Below, piece after piece: positions 13,001 to 18,675 of a stretch of DNA of 51,338 bases. Numbering within the stretch: position 1 is the stretch's first letter; the number at the start of each line of letters is the position of its first letter. A program made the position numbers and the translations under genes. The DNA is from Planctomycetaceae bacterium. Its GTDB lineage: Bacteria; Planctomycetota; Planctomycetia; Planctomycetales; Planctomycetaceae. The notes below the pieces were generated by a model. The model had not been told where the DNA came from. It saw only the letters and a program-made list of their open reading frames with translations, and searched no databases. The stretch is from the NCBI GenBank assembly GCA_041689695.1, contig JBDNFT010000660.1, positions 1-51,338 on the forward strand. The letters are read 5' to 3'.

Positions 13001-15342
13001 AGTGGTGGAGTAGCCTGATCTGCCGGAGCGATTGCGTCTGGAGAAGAAAAGACTACGTTCCCGTCTGTTGACTTGCTTTCTGCCCAATCGCCCACTGCTG
13101 CCGAAGTGCTCTCGTCATCAACTGCCGGTATTTCAGGCTTCACCAACGGCTTCAGGATGCTTGGAACAACCGCTGGCTGCTCGCCGAACAGGTATTCCTC
13201 CATTGAATCCTTGGTCGCCTTTGACATCTTGCCAGGCTTCTCGCCACGGAATATGGTGGCGTTGAAATCGTCGCCTCGTGATTCCGCTTCCTTAAGTGCA
13301 TTTGACTGCAGCCAAGTCTCCGCACGCCGAAAAGTCATGCGAAGAGTCATGCCTGTCTTGCCTTCGGTTCCAGTGCTGACCTTCGGGAAAGGGGTTGTTG
13401 GTCGCCCTGAAGACGTTTGCACGACTTCATCCGATGACAGCATGTCGCCGACAACGCCGCGACGTGGCGTGTCTGCAGTGGCTTCTGGCGATGTCGCATC
13501 CTCCTGCGGAGCGATTGCGTCTGGAGAAGCAACCTGCCCCATGGCGGAATCCACCATGGGAGCAGCAGCGTCGGTCTTTAATACCCCGACTTCGGGGTCT
13601 TGGGTGGCGACTTCGGGTTCTTGGGCGACTTCGTCCCCTTCGGGTGCTTCGGTGAGCTTTTCATTTTGAGCTTTCAATCGGTTAAAGATTCTATCCTCTA
13701 CATCATCAGGCACATTGCCTGACATGTCTTCTTGCGGAGCAGGCGCTGGATCGAGCTCAGGCTTTCGCATTCCCAACGGATCGGGGTTGTTCAGGTTGTC
13801 TGCAAGTTTCTGACGATTCGCACGGTTCGGGTTGTCAACTGGCGGCATTCCATCGGCAATAGCAGCGTCGTAGTTTTGTTTAGATGGCTTCTTGATGAAC
13901 GCATCCACTGCTGGTCGAACAGGCGTGGTGGACGTATCTGGCGAGTCTGTTGCTCCTTGCTGCTCGTCTCGACGTCGCAGCATTTCATCGATCGGGATTT
14001 GCTGGATTTCACCGTCGTCTGATTTCTGCTGATCTTCTGGGAGGACAGGCAGTCGCTGATTACCACTTGACGCCAAACGTCCTACCTGTCGAGCGCCTTC
14101 CATCGTCCCCATCATTAACATCGTTTGCAAGACAGTGTCTTTCAGCACTGCTTTGTAATCGACATCCTGGTTCAGCATTTTCTCAGTTGCATAGCCGTGC
14201 AGGACTTCCGTCAATACCTCTTCAACCAATTCGGCGGACGTGTCTTTAGCCAGCGACTTGGCACCACTGGCCAATGCTTTCATGGATGCCGGGCTAGATG
14301 CGATCTTGTTCGCAATCGCCTGTCTCATCACACGACTTTCAATACCGCCAAGCCCTGGGATCTTGCTCATTATCGGCATGATGGATGCTTCAATTCCTCC
14401 CTGAATTGCTGCATACCTTGTCAACTCATCGCCGGCGAGTCCAGCTTCTTTACCTTCGTACTCCGCTCGGCTGTATTCCTGGCTCCCGAACTGGCCAGCC
14501 ATTACGGCCATACCAACAGCCGGAGTGCCAATCATTGACGCTGCAATGCCGGGCAACATTTGTGCTACGTTTTCTGCAACTCCTGCAAAAGCCTTGGAAA
14601 TTTCAGGATGTGCATATTTTTCGTCGCGGTGTTGAGCCATTTCAGACTCAGCGCCGGCCGCTTGTGCCTCAGCTTGGTCAGCAGCCTGTGTTGCCACGTC
14701 GCCATAGCCCAGTTTTTTAACGAGAGGCGAAGCCATTCGGGAGAATGGAGCAACAAAGCCAAGCGTTGATCGCTCCATGAACGCTCGCGTTTCTTTGCCG
14801 AGGTTCGATGGCTCTTTGCGAATGTTTTCGCGTCCCTTATCGAATGACGCCTGTCGTTGTTCTTGCTCTGTCCGTGCCTGCTCAGCAGCTTTGGTGGAAT
14901 CAACGCCTTCGGAGATCAGTTCTTCCGTGCGAGTGCGTGCAAGTGCTCGTTGCCTGAGGGGACTGGAAGCAACGGCGTTCTCGAATTCCATCCGCGCGGG
15001 GATGTCTGCGATTGCTTCGTCGATAGGTTTTTCGATGCCGTCAACTTTTACGGTTGACGGAGCAGGCTTCTGTTTTTCAAACTGCGGCCCCTTCCTCAGA
15101 AGCTCTTTCCGGTTTTGTCTCCCCTCAACAGATCCAGGATCTTCACCCTTCGAAGCATCTTGCTGTTTTGCTTCGTTGATCAGAGCGTTTTTTCGTTTGT
15201 CGATTTCGTCTTGGTACTTCTGCTGCTGTTCCTTTCGCGCAGCATTTTGACGCGCAGACTCTTCAGCATCTTTTATTGCTTTTTGTCTCTGGATTTCTTC
15301 TGCTGTCGTAATTGGACCGTATCGTTGATACCCATCAGCCAT
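1027..15342 (-). CDS. giant polyvalent virion/ejection-type protein with DNA N6-adenine methyltransferase and SF2 helicase core (DarB-like)
   Basis: Uninterrupted 4,771-codon ORF. Its ATG at 15342 lies 1 nt from the stop of the upstream gene. Motifs: EPSAGIGSL (aa 1788), NVPF (aa 1853), GVGAGKT (aa 2495), DEAH (aa 2662), QRLGRMIRSG (aa 3065). Both termini are hydrophobic. Confidence 0.9.
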   Translation of the reverse strand: MADGYQRYGPITTAEEIQRQKAIKDAEESARQNAARKEQQQKYQDEIDKRKNALINEAKQQDASKGEDPGSVEGRQNRKELLRKGPQFEKQKPAPSTVKVDGIEKPIDEAIADIPARMEFENAVASSPLRQRALARTRTEELISEGVDSTKAAEQARTEQEQRQASFDKGRENIRKEPSNLGKETRAFMERSTLGFVAPFSRMASPLVKKLGYGDVATQAADQAEAQAAGAESEMAQHRDEKYAHPEISKAFAGVAENVAQMLPGIAASMIGTPAVGMAVMAGQFGSQEYSRAEYEGKEAGLAGDELTRYAAIQGGIEASIMPIMSKIPGLGGIESRVMRQAIANKIASSPASMKALASGAKSLAKDTSAELVEEVLTEVLHGYATEKMLNQDVDYKAVLKDTVLQTMLMMGTMEGARQVGRLASSGNQRLPVLPEDQQKSDDGEIQQIPIDEMLRRRDEQQGATDSPDTSTTPVRPAVDAFIKKPSKQNYDAAIADGMPPVDNPNRANRQKLADNLNNPDPLGMRKPELDPAPAPQEDMSGNVPDDVEDRIFNRLKAQNEKLTEAPEGDEVAQEPEVATQDPEVGVLKTDAAAPMVDSAMGQVASPDAIAPQEDATSPEATADTPRRGVVGDMLSSDEVVQTSSGRPTTPFPKVSTGTEGKTGMTLRMTFRRAETWLQSNALKEAESRGDDFNATIFRGEKPGKMSKATKDSMEEYLFGEQPAVVPSILKPLVKPEIPAVDDESTSAAVGDWAESKSTDGNVVFSSPDAIAPADQATPPLTSELPTEVGQVYIANMRSGQKFAVRSSDQPRGGGDMLFDTEQQAREESPKIKQQYEDEIARKAGFDKADADKAEADAAKPKLTLQEASKAARFKKTLDQKVNYTGSVGGKSEVITRRDLVDRQLTEGRKPVVSEDDDTAAVNKATRQLGSLRKQKWGISANENHPDAIKAKEYREIIANPPKIKSYSMDDADGNGRVLTKAEYEYAISKSDQTPAQGTADVIESPDLRLEKRREADAEKRKQSIKDGGFNVGDRLTQAVTGRTGVLDGISENSGTISVRFDADGSVLSGTDVSGFERTPEPKTKPAQTWTPKPEGVVRVVHVSSKEMTKGIRDNGLNYAKQGMLQSTARVVDDESGMETDDPRYRAGVANVFDIPASEYRQHDDVTKSPGVLPAKYLVSQIPIKDGKPVPPKAGKSKPEPKTEPFPVVEQKAKAEKPSAIEHDRLYGELQPLYRDPKHKAGDRDHMARIKDLEEQVEFHKPAAVARAQSEIDQENKAKASEPEPSQEDLMEQMLREELLGQKPAQEPKATALNLDDKVQIISSGETGTVQGIQISRGILVNSKWFPAEDVRPSNHKDAIDLLVEQLTPKNKGKAKTRKPKTPKPSGAIDMIESPGARSQRKKDEAKSRSEQTKKELDDAADDFGKAFGFTAPMGLTREQMRASARLVKAALDHGVAKFDEFVAFVVNKFGNEITLNAAEGIELAWRTLKRLPEYSGIDDAGSVADVLTSRKVSTDGTSDQGEASSDEGMGGESGESGTTLAPEAGSTSKDGEAEAGTRPNSDSLPGGTDSTSETESEGTGTSTEGTGTEQSSGAKPKPGRKPSNRGSRKPAKTVSGTMAGPRNLKIQPGDTIAPNGLITKLKANIAAITLLKEIQKDNRQATAAEQQVLMRYTGWGSLQHVFDENKGKEFIERPGLLDQYDEWYKKARMYQKKGEYSTIIEIRNRVEAWEKQWGESYRFLKETLTPNEWKKAKASVLNAHFTSRDVITNGIWGALEQMGVTGGRFMEPSAGIGSLIGLMPESISNNSEVIAIELDSLTGEMVKQLYPDADVHVKGFEEVPIPAGTIDIAATNVPFHQIGPADAKTRYGREMNLHNYFIARMLDSLRPGGLAAVISTHFTMDANPEDRALLASKADLVGAIRLPNTAFKANAGTEVTTDIMFFRKPDGSSFKGASWQNLSSVGTYTYKAKKTKNGPFVDKEGNITVNEYFAAHPEMVIGTHSMEGKQYSDTEYTVMPVEGASLADQLQKAVKNLPAGIATVDNAPLMPSLDTGTSGVEGRIEFRGGKLQELSKGEWVSPSWLKDAVLLTKDGKPRKLKDDTKADKIANAMRQGISYTKVRNAYEIHLANMRNDNATQDEYKQSQKALNVAYDAYRLAHGALNHKDSHWLHRDPGFFFTSGIENDVEIIENGVLSKGYVKADVFRERTVNPDAAPTTADTTEDAIKMSLAWRGAINLPWMSKLTGTSEEDLEAELLDSGTVLLDPETSLLEPADTYLSGNVQAKLRTAERSVAEGDSRFERNVELLKMVQPPKMTIDSITPSLGQAWVPIEVVNRWLTDVLKLDGSTARYNAKVDIWSVRTEGIPRDVQNEWGTLGMHLSDLLPKTLNGSTIRVTKADPNDHKKRVPDEAQTQAAQIKAEKMRDSFQAWSKSNEETIPLIEQAFNEQKNFYVKPQYNGEHLTFPGMSDLWLKRMRPYQKNTIWRAIREGRGMIAHGVGAGKTAELIAIAMEMKRLGTTTKPLIVVQNSTLGQFARTFTEVYPAAKVLVAGKNDLNPENRAKFMARIATGNWDAIVMAKSTFNMKLPNDPALEQEMVEGLIAELEAVMLEAQLEDGAGSPSVKAIQQQIKSLVKRLDKIIKSVNARTDSDVYFEQMGVDSLFLDEAHDYKKPPFVTKLDRSIKGLSTDVSGRALSALIKMRFIQNGNKGRNTFMATGTPITNTLGESWLLMNMVAPDVVKEFGVTTFDQFVATFAKVMSSLEQNSAGKLQRKTRLAKFKNGHQLAQFIQSGWDILLGDELHGKIREYGGGKVPTMEGGKETLVMVDRSAAFDDFGKFFIDLYDAYKGLQGEDKRTYSWVPVTIYGAAKAAAIDVRLVDASAPDDPGSKLNKMVEGVYQNYKDGTGVTLKVGDQELTGQNLTQLIFSDTSGRTDISKLRDFARGEGVTLEIDESDDSDDDSDDDSDSDSDGDTPVAAVKTTKKKDRWLYNEIKRKLIEKGVPKDQVQIINDHNGTPEKLLAFQDSVNAGEVRIVIGHSDTLGTGINVQQRLKAIWELDIPMVPSKREQRLGRMIRSGNLNETVQAFVMAMQRSLDGTLMSMNLRKAKASEQALSGKAGAEFDDPYSESLMSMADMEAAMNDDPMFYRQRELEFQIRSLRLEAEALDQQRSRERFRLRGSEYDIERANATNVSQAALADKLEVSFNSDGPIIVDGKKLATIAEADKSLKEKFNAESERISIATRDSKIKAFSGFPESDHYATDADYGSVQFNLYYGERPKVVQDDKGNPSVKWTASSGTVITMDGKQIDKTKETKFSSLVDIILALSSDLRRQITLRKKTIASGTAENVKLTEFLAKPSETQIELDNLESQLAQVNQMMFQRDNPTATPPAATPDPATEADSEPVETPVESELRKSAREAKEAVDAQKAENAKQNAIILAELRKPTAGSGLPISDELARAVAKRMIGTIKLGVKTFEAMIKELRASLGDASVNSIRANLIDTWNFFGDEFSLEDEGTDASFDAAMKDELPPAVDEEDDDQEKQFSTKNAFSAQRRVELGMPERDPVIKQGRAESVKLAAEIGKTEYGRVRIDKLIRELVDSPRSATTLENDLLNFRNAELSNMLEDELRGQIDAANSGDDVKEAIHEREASLKRIEAETLIYVMETSGTDAGRNLQARKAVIERDYSLARSVLLFEAAHKRKANSKELEAMKSDVDELAAKVKDLEKLLAEEESKSTELQDELKKAHDAAVAKTTAKKPASPKSVQTAADKRLAEAWKPFQKANTFFSIEGAAKMLPEFIELAGAHIEKGVESFSTFVDRLSKHFGKKPNPENIPVLQEAWDTAFAARGPANISRITDKIDSVVPDTIGKAARDLHAYVIERDSLDASAAGREAAVDAVHEILMRFLPDITIEETARAMSGIGIYSELSEDEIDVIRRDQKAQLLLLEQLKGWEQAAIDEANEPGTGKPPLATGQERAPSSDEQRLIRRNVTAAKKASGISTQTEGQLKSALDAAKTGVRNRIADLDNAIKTRTKIIGSKTTLKTDAELTKLREDRDALQKRYNAAFGKNELSDEQRLNLAEKALDRAITQMEADNDAGKLYKDDPKPRVTSPAIEAKRATLDALKASREELRLNSGEAQVRSDAAYERTLTKRLAELTRRLADGDVMPAAKKPERTLTKTMLIEMKQIDDMQNRMSKTRKAWIFKNRNAVYKLLVKGPIAALNMWRKGLTTIDQSLIGRQGYLLGITHPILYAKAAQKAFASNPLKAKSIFPSEQDVFDTEAELNSDPQWVRMEKIAKLAVTSIGDGMKSEEGNLDQTEWFNNLWGVGGAERAGSAFINTQRRLVFRELVSKFATSREGEGLSISNAELRIIANIVNVGSGRGSLGRYMNALEAATAVLFSPRWWMSRLQWWSGQPVWHNSTWFRGEGASWAVRRLAAKEWGKQAAAQMAVMSFVVAGLTAAFGPPGDDEEWDHETDWRSLNFGSIRIGNSHIDMTAGLGQHLSFLIRMISGQQKDRWETRDIDRLGVFGRYFRGKLAPATSAVVDLAVRETMMGEDVATRKWLLKRITPLIGQDVRKAIEEEGVELGSVLSMMMFFGLSARTYEARTNKRSDAANEVRVLKHQGQKEKIQQVLLKHLEYAAAAEATEKLRTALPDEQAGLQKVIDGEDSPELSDAIQKEMYDIVLNASGRVMGEKKPHEKREFSGSEDKGRMVSRSLVPEIIPNVADAIRIYNEAYKAANKSLVEKGKDNTFRLKPEVAAGRSRIKSLYKSGE
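1483..2745 (-). other. Trp-rich hydrophobic C-terminal module of the giant ORF (approx aa 4200-4620)
   Basis: WWMSRLQWWSGQPVWHNSTWF and a TM-like AAQMAVMSFVVAGLTAAFG. No named family recognised. Confidence 0.4.
6010..7940 (-). other. SF2 (SNF2/DEAD-like) helicase domain of the giant ORF (approx aa 2470-3110)
   Basis: Walker A GVGAGKT at 7840-7860, DEAH at 7348-7359, motif VI QRLGRMIRSG near 6121-6150. An acidic D/S insert separates the two lobes. Confidence 0.8.
9340..10400 (-). other. N6-adenine DNA methyltransferase domain of the giant ORF (approx aa 1650-2000)
   Basis: AdoMet-binding motif I EPSAGIGSL is encoded at 9955-9981. Catalytic motif IV NVPF (an NPPY/F variant) is at 9775-9786. 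Confidence 0.8.
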
Positions 15343-15343
15343 T

Positions 15344-17128
15344 TCAATTACCTATCTTGTACCCAGCTTTTTTAAGAATCTCTTCTGCTTCAGCAAGATC
15401 AGGATCACTGGTGTCTTTTGTCATAACAGAATTGATCACGATATCCGCCGCCATCCGCACAGTCTGATCCATTGTCGATGTTGAGCTGTGCTTCTCTCGC
15501 AGTGCCTGCAACTGCTTTCCGCCGGGAAGACCGCTCAGCGTTTTACCAACTTCTGCTGGCAATGGCGACCTCGCAGACAATACAGGTGGTTTCGCCGATG
15601 CTTGTCCCGCTGGCATTTGCTGTGGCGCTATTTGCCATTGCTCATTGCCTCGTGGATCAATCGGGCCTTGCGGCTGAAAAGGCTGTTGCTGTGGTTGTTG
15701 CTGTTGCTGCTTCAGCTTCTCTCGGTCTATTTCCTGTTGATACAGTTTTTGTGGCGGAAGACCTTCTTCCTCTCGGAAGTAATGTTCATGTGGGGCAAAT
15801 TCGTCCATTGCCGCTTTGTCGAGATCATCCGTGTTTTTGTAAACAGGCTCGCCGGTTTCAGGGTCCGTCTTTGCTCCAAGCTTGTCCCGTAATTTCTGCA
15901 TGGCGATCTCTCTGTCGAGTGCCCCTTTTCGCTGTTTCGAAGCGAGCTCCTGTGTTGTCGGAGCCGCCTTCCCCTGGCCGGAAGAGAGTGGCTCATATGT
16001 CCGGAATCCTCGCGAATCAAGGCTGACGATAAACTCGGCTCCAGTTTTTTTGTGCGTTACCAATGATCCGTCAAAGCCATCCTGCGAACTCTGAACCCTT
16101 TCATTGGGGATAATCGCCGAGAGTTTTCTCTGATGCTCCAGCATTGCTTGCTGCTTCAGCCCTTCGTCAAACGGGCCATTCATCACGTTTTTCTGAAACG
16201 ACTCATCCAGCGTTTTCATTTCTTTCTGTTGTGACTCGCTGAAATCCATTCCAGCGTTGCGGGCCTGCTGAATCTGTTCGTTCCATCGCTCAGACACGCC
16301 GAACGTTTCCCTCTGGGTCGCGTTCTGCTGCGTGTATCCTTGCTGTATTTCGTCGCGCTGTGTTTGCTGACCGAACTGTTGCTGATCGCGCTGAGTTGAA
16401 TACCCGAACTGCGAGGCATCGCGTTGCAGAAGATCCTGCTGCTGTTGCTGATCGCGCTGCGTTTGGTATCCGAACTGCTGTTGATCGCGCTGCGTTGAAT
16501 ACCCGAACTGCGAGGCATCGCGTTGCAACTGATCTTGCTGTTGTGCTCGATCGCGCTGAGTTTGGTATCCGAACTGCTGCTGATCGCGTTGCGTTTGGTA
16601 TCCGAACTGCTGCTGATCGCGTTGCAACTGATCTTGCTGCTGTGCTCGATCGCGCTGCGTCGAATATCCGAATTGCGAGGCATCACGCCTCAGCAGATCT
16701 TTTTGCTGCTGCTGATCGCGTTGAGTTTGCTGTCCGAACTGTTGTGCTGAAGCGTCCGCAGCAATGCCGGCACGCTGGTTCGTGTTCTGTTGTCCGTACA
16801 ATTGCTGCTGTTGATCACGCCTTGCAGTTGCCGCTTGCTGCTGTGCGGCGAGGGCGGATTCAATACCACCTTTTTGTTTGACGAGACTTTTTTGGGTAAT
16901 GTCTTCACGGTTTTTATTAAGGACCGCGATGTATCTGTTTTGGGCCTCTCGATATCTCTCCTCCTCTAATCTCCGTTTTTCCAGTTCGTCTTGTTCTGCT
17001 TGCGTACCCCCCTGACTGCGGCCAAATGATGGCGCTCGATTGTACGTGTCTGTTCCATACGGATGACGAGATTTGTATTGGACCATGAGAACGACGCCTG
17101 TACTGAGTGTTAGAAGACCGGGACGCAA
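15344..17128 (-). CDS. Gln-rich tandem-repeat protein, putative internal virion/ejection protein
   Basis: TTG start per ORF track (alternative ATG at 17086). About 10 QQFGYQTQRD-type units span aa 129-277. It lies between the tail genes and the giant ORF. Confidence 0.7.
   Translation of the reverse strand: MRPGLLTLSTGVVLMVQYKSRHPYGTDTYNRAPSFGRSQGGTQAEQDELEKRRLEEERYREAQNRYIAVLNKNREDITQKSLVKQKGGIESALAAQQQAATARRDQQQQLYGQQNTNQRAGIAADASAQQFGQQTQRDQQQQKDLLRRDASQFGYSTQRDRAQQQDQLQRDQQQFGYQTQRDQQQFGYQTQRDRAQQQDQLQRDASQFGYSTQRDQQQFGYQTQRDQQQQQDLLQRDASQFGYSTQRDQQQFGQQTQRDEIQQGYTQQNATQRETFGVSERWNEQIQQARNAGMDFSESQQKEMKTLDESFQKNVMNGPFDEGLKQQAMLEHQRKLSAIIPNERVQSSQDGFDGSLVTHKKTGAEFIVSLDSRGFRTYEPLSSGQGKAAPTTQELASKQRKGALDREIAMQKLRDKLGAKTDPETGEPVYKNTDDLDKAAMDEFAPHEHYFREEEGLPPQKLYQQEIDREKLKQQQQQPQQQPFQPQGPIDPRGNEQWQIAPQQMPAGQASAKPPVLSARSPLPAEVGKTLSGLPGGKQLQALREKHSSTSTMDQTVRMAADIVINSVMTKDTSDPDLAEAEEILKKAGYKIGN
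16298..16744 (-). repeat. in-frame tandem repeats (33-66 nt units) encoding QFGYQTQRD(Q/R)... motifs
   Basis: The plus strand shows a repeated ggtatccgaactgctgctgatcgcg(c/t)tgcg. Confidence 0.85.
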
Positions 17129-17159
17129 TCGCGATTGGCTTCGTTACTGATTTCTGTTA

Positions 17160-18206
17160 TCAACGACGGTATACAAGATCGTGAGAGCCGCGTGATGGTC
17201 GGTCAGTGTCAACAGCCCATGATGCCCCGTTGTTAGTGGATTTTTGCACTTGACCATTAATAAGCCTGAACCTAGCAGGCACGCTCGCCGAGTAATTCAG
17301 TTCTGCTTGCCTTTGCTGGAATGCCAACTGCTCCCTTTGTAGTGCGCCCTGTTGCGCCAACTCCTCCCTCTGGAATACCAACTGATCCCTTTGTAGTTCG
17401 CCCCGTTGCGTCAAATCCTCCCTCTGGAAACCCAATTGTTTTTCCTGCGCGTAAACATTCGAAACGTCCATAGATGATGGACCGCTGGATTGGACACCTT
17501 GTTGAAGAAAGCTCAATCGCCTGCCTGCCAAATCGTTCTCGTTTGTGGTGTTCTGATTCCACTGAGACGCGAGTCCAGTCGCACGGTTTTGTAAAGTGTT
17601 CTGGTAGGCCGCGCTCAGGCTTGCGTCTGTCGAGATGCGATTCTGCAACAACTGATCTTCAAGACTCAATAGCTGGCGAGTGTTATCAAAATTCGTCCCG
17701 CGCTGCAGAGAATCATGGATCGTTGTGTTTCCCAGCCCACGCATGATTGCGGACTGAGACGACGCTGCCAGTCTCTGGGTGTTCTGCCGATTCAAGTCAT
17801 CTCGCATTGAGTTTCCGTAGAGATCGACTCTCGCCATGTTGCGATCGCGAGTCGCACTGGCATCCGCAGTGACAGCGTCGTAATTGTTTGAAAGCTGTTG
17901 GTAGCCTTGGTCGCCACGAGACCGCGAGTTAAGGATTTGCTGGTCGTAACCTGCGGATGCCGCATTGAATCTGGCCGCGTCTTGTTGCCCTGAATACATT
18001 CGCTGAGCCTCAACGCCCGGTGATCCGAAATCTCTCATGGCTGTTGGTCCAGCCTGATTGAACGAAGGCAATGATCCAGACGGGCTCATTGGTCCAGCCT
18101 GTGGCGGTTTTGGCAATGATGGCACGAAAGTCCCGCTCATACCGCCCGGAAATGTCACACGCTCGTAACCCGCTGGCGTTGGGACATTAAAATTATTTCT
18201 TGCCAT
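17160..18206 (-). CDS. Gln/Asn-rich putative internal virion protein
   Basis: AAGGA SD about 8 nt upstream of ATG 18206. C-terminal repeats QRGELQRDQLVFQREELAQQGALQREQLAFQQRQ. Confidence 0.7.
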   Translation of the reverse strand: MARNNFNVPTPAGYERVTFPGGMSGTFVPSLPKPPQAGPMSPSGSLPSFNQAGPTAMRDFGSPGVEAQRMYSGQQDAARFNAASAGYDQQILNSRSRGDQGYQQLSNNYDAVTADASATRDRNMARVDLYGNSMRDDLNRQNTQRLAASSQSAIMRGLGNTTIHDSLQRGTNFDNTRQLLSLEDQLLQNRISTDASLSAAYQNTLQNRATGLASQWNQNTTNENDLAGRRLSFLQQGVQSSGPSSMDVSNVYAQEKQLGFQREDLTQRGELQRDQLVFQREELAQQGALQREQLAFQQRQAELNYSASVPARFRLINGQVQKSTNNGASWAVDTDRPSRGSHDLVYRR

Positions 18207-18228
18207 TTGCGTGTATCCTTGCCTTGAG

Positions 18229-18675
18229 TCAATAACGAATAACTACTGCTCGCCAAAATCGCACATCACTGCCGCCAACGTTTGCTGTCGCTACCCTGAT
18301 GGTAACCGTATTATCAGCAGACACGTATCCTGACCATGAAATAATACCAGTGGCTGGGGCTTCAACTGGAGATACGATCACATTGTCTCCAGATAGTGCC
18401 CCGGTCACAGTTATCGTAAGGTTTTGAACAGTGCCATTCCTGGCGAATGACAAACTTGCTGTTCCTTTCCCTGAAAAAACTGACAACCCAGTTTCGTCCT
18501 GCGTCAATCCACCAGTGGATTTCAGTCGTAAGACCAGTCGCCCGTCGCTATCAATCGTGATTCCGGTGTCGAGAACAAGAAGCCCTGGCGTTGATAATGC
18601 GCCAAGGGCTCTTCGTGTTCGAAGAGTCGCTTCTGGATCGTTTATGATTTTTCCCAAACCGACTGACAGGCTCAT
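18229..18675 (-). CDS. virion structural protein (hypothetical)
   Basis: ATGA overlap with the upstream gene stop (18672-18675). Beta-rich sequence within the tail module. Confidence 0.6.
   Translation of the reverse strand: MSLSVGLGKIINDPEATLRTRRALGALSTPGLLVLDTGITIDSDGRLVLRLKSTGGLTQDETGLSVFSGKGTASLSFARNGTVQNLTITVTGALSGDNVIVSPVEAPATGIISWSGYVSADNTVTIRVATANVGGSDVRFWRAVVIRY

Noticed and set aside
1318-15250. Dozens of plus-strand ORFs of 60-290 aa (for example 1784-2635, 10394-10984, 11437-12315, 13073-13669, 14777-15250) antisense to the giant gene
   Set aside because: All are embedded in an uninterrupted 14.3-kb minus-strand ORF with clear enzyme motifs. Their translations are Ser/Arg/Cys/Leu-rich low-complexity sequence typical of antisense frames, and none has an SD or a recognisable motif.
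16216-16881. Alternative-frame ORFs inside the Gln-rich repeat region (16216-16686 minus, 16360-16881 plus, 16523-16750 plus)
   Set aside because: Tandem repeats keep several frames open. Only the Gln-rich frame is continuous with the flanking non-repeat coding sequence and the operon spacing.
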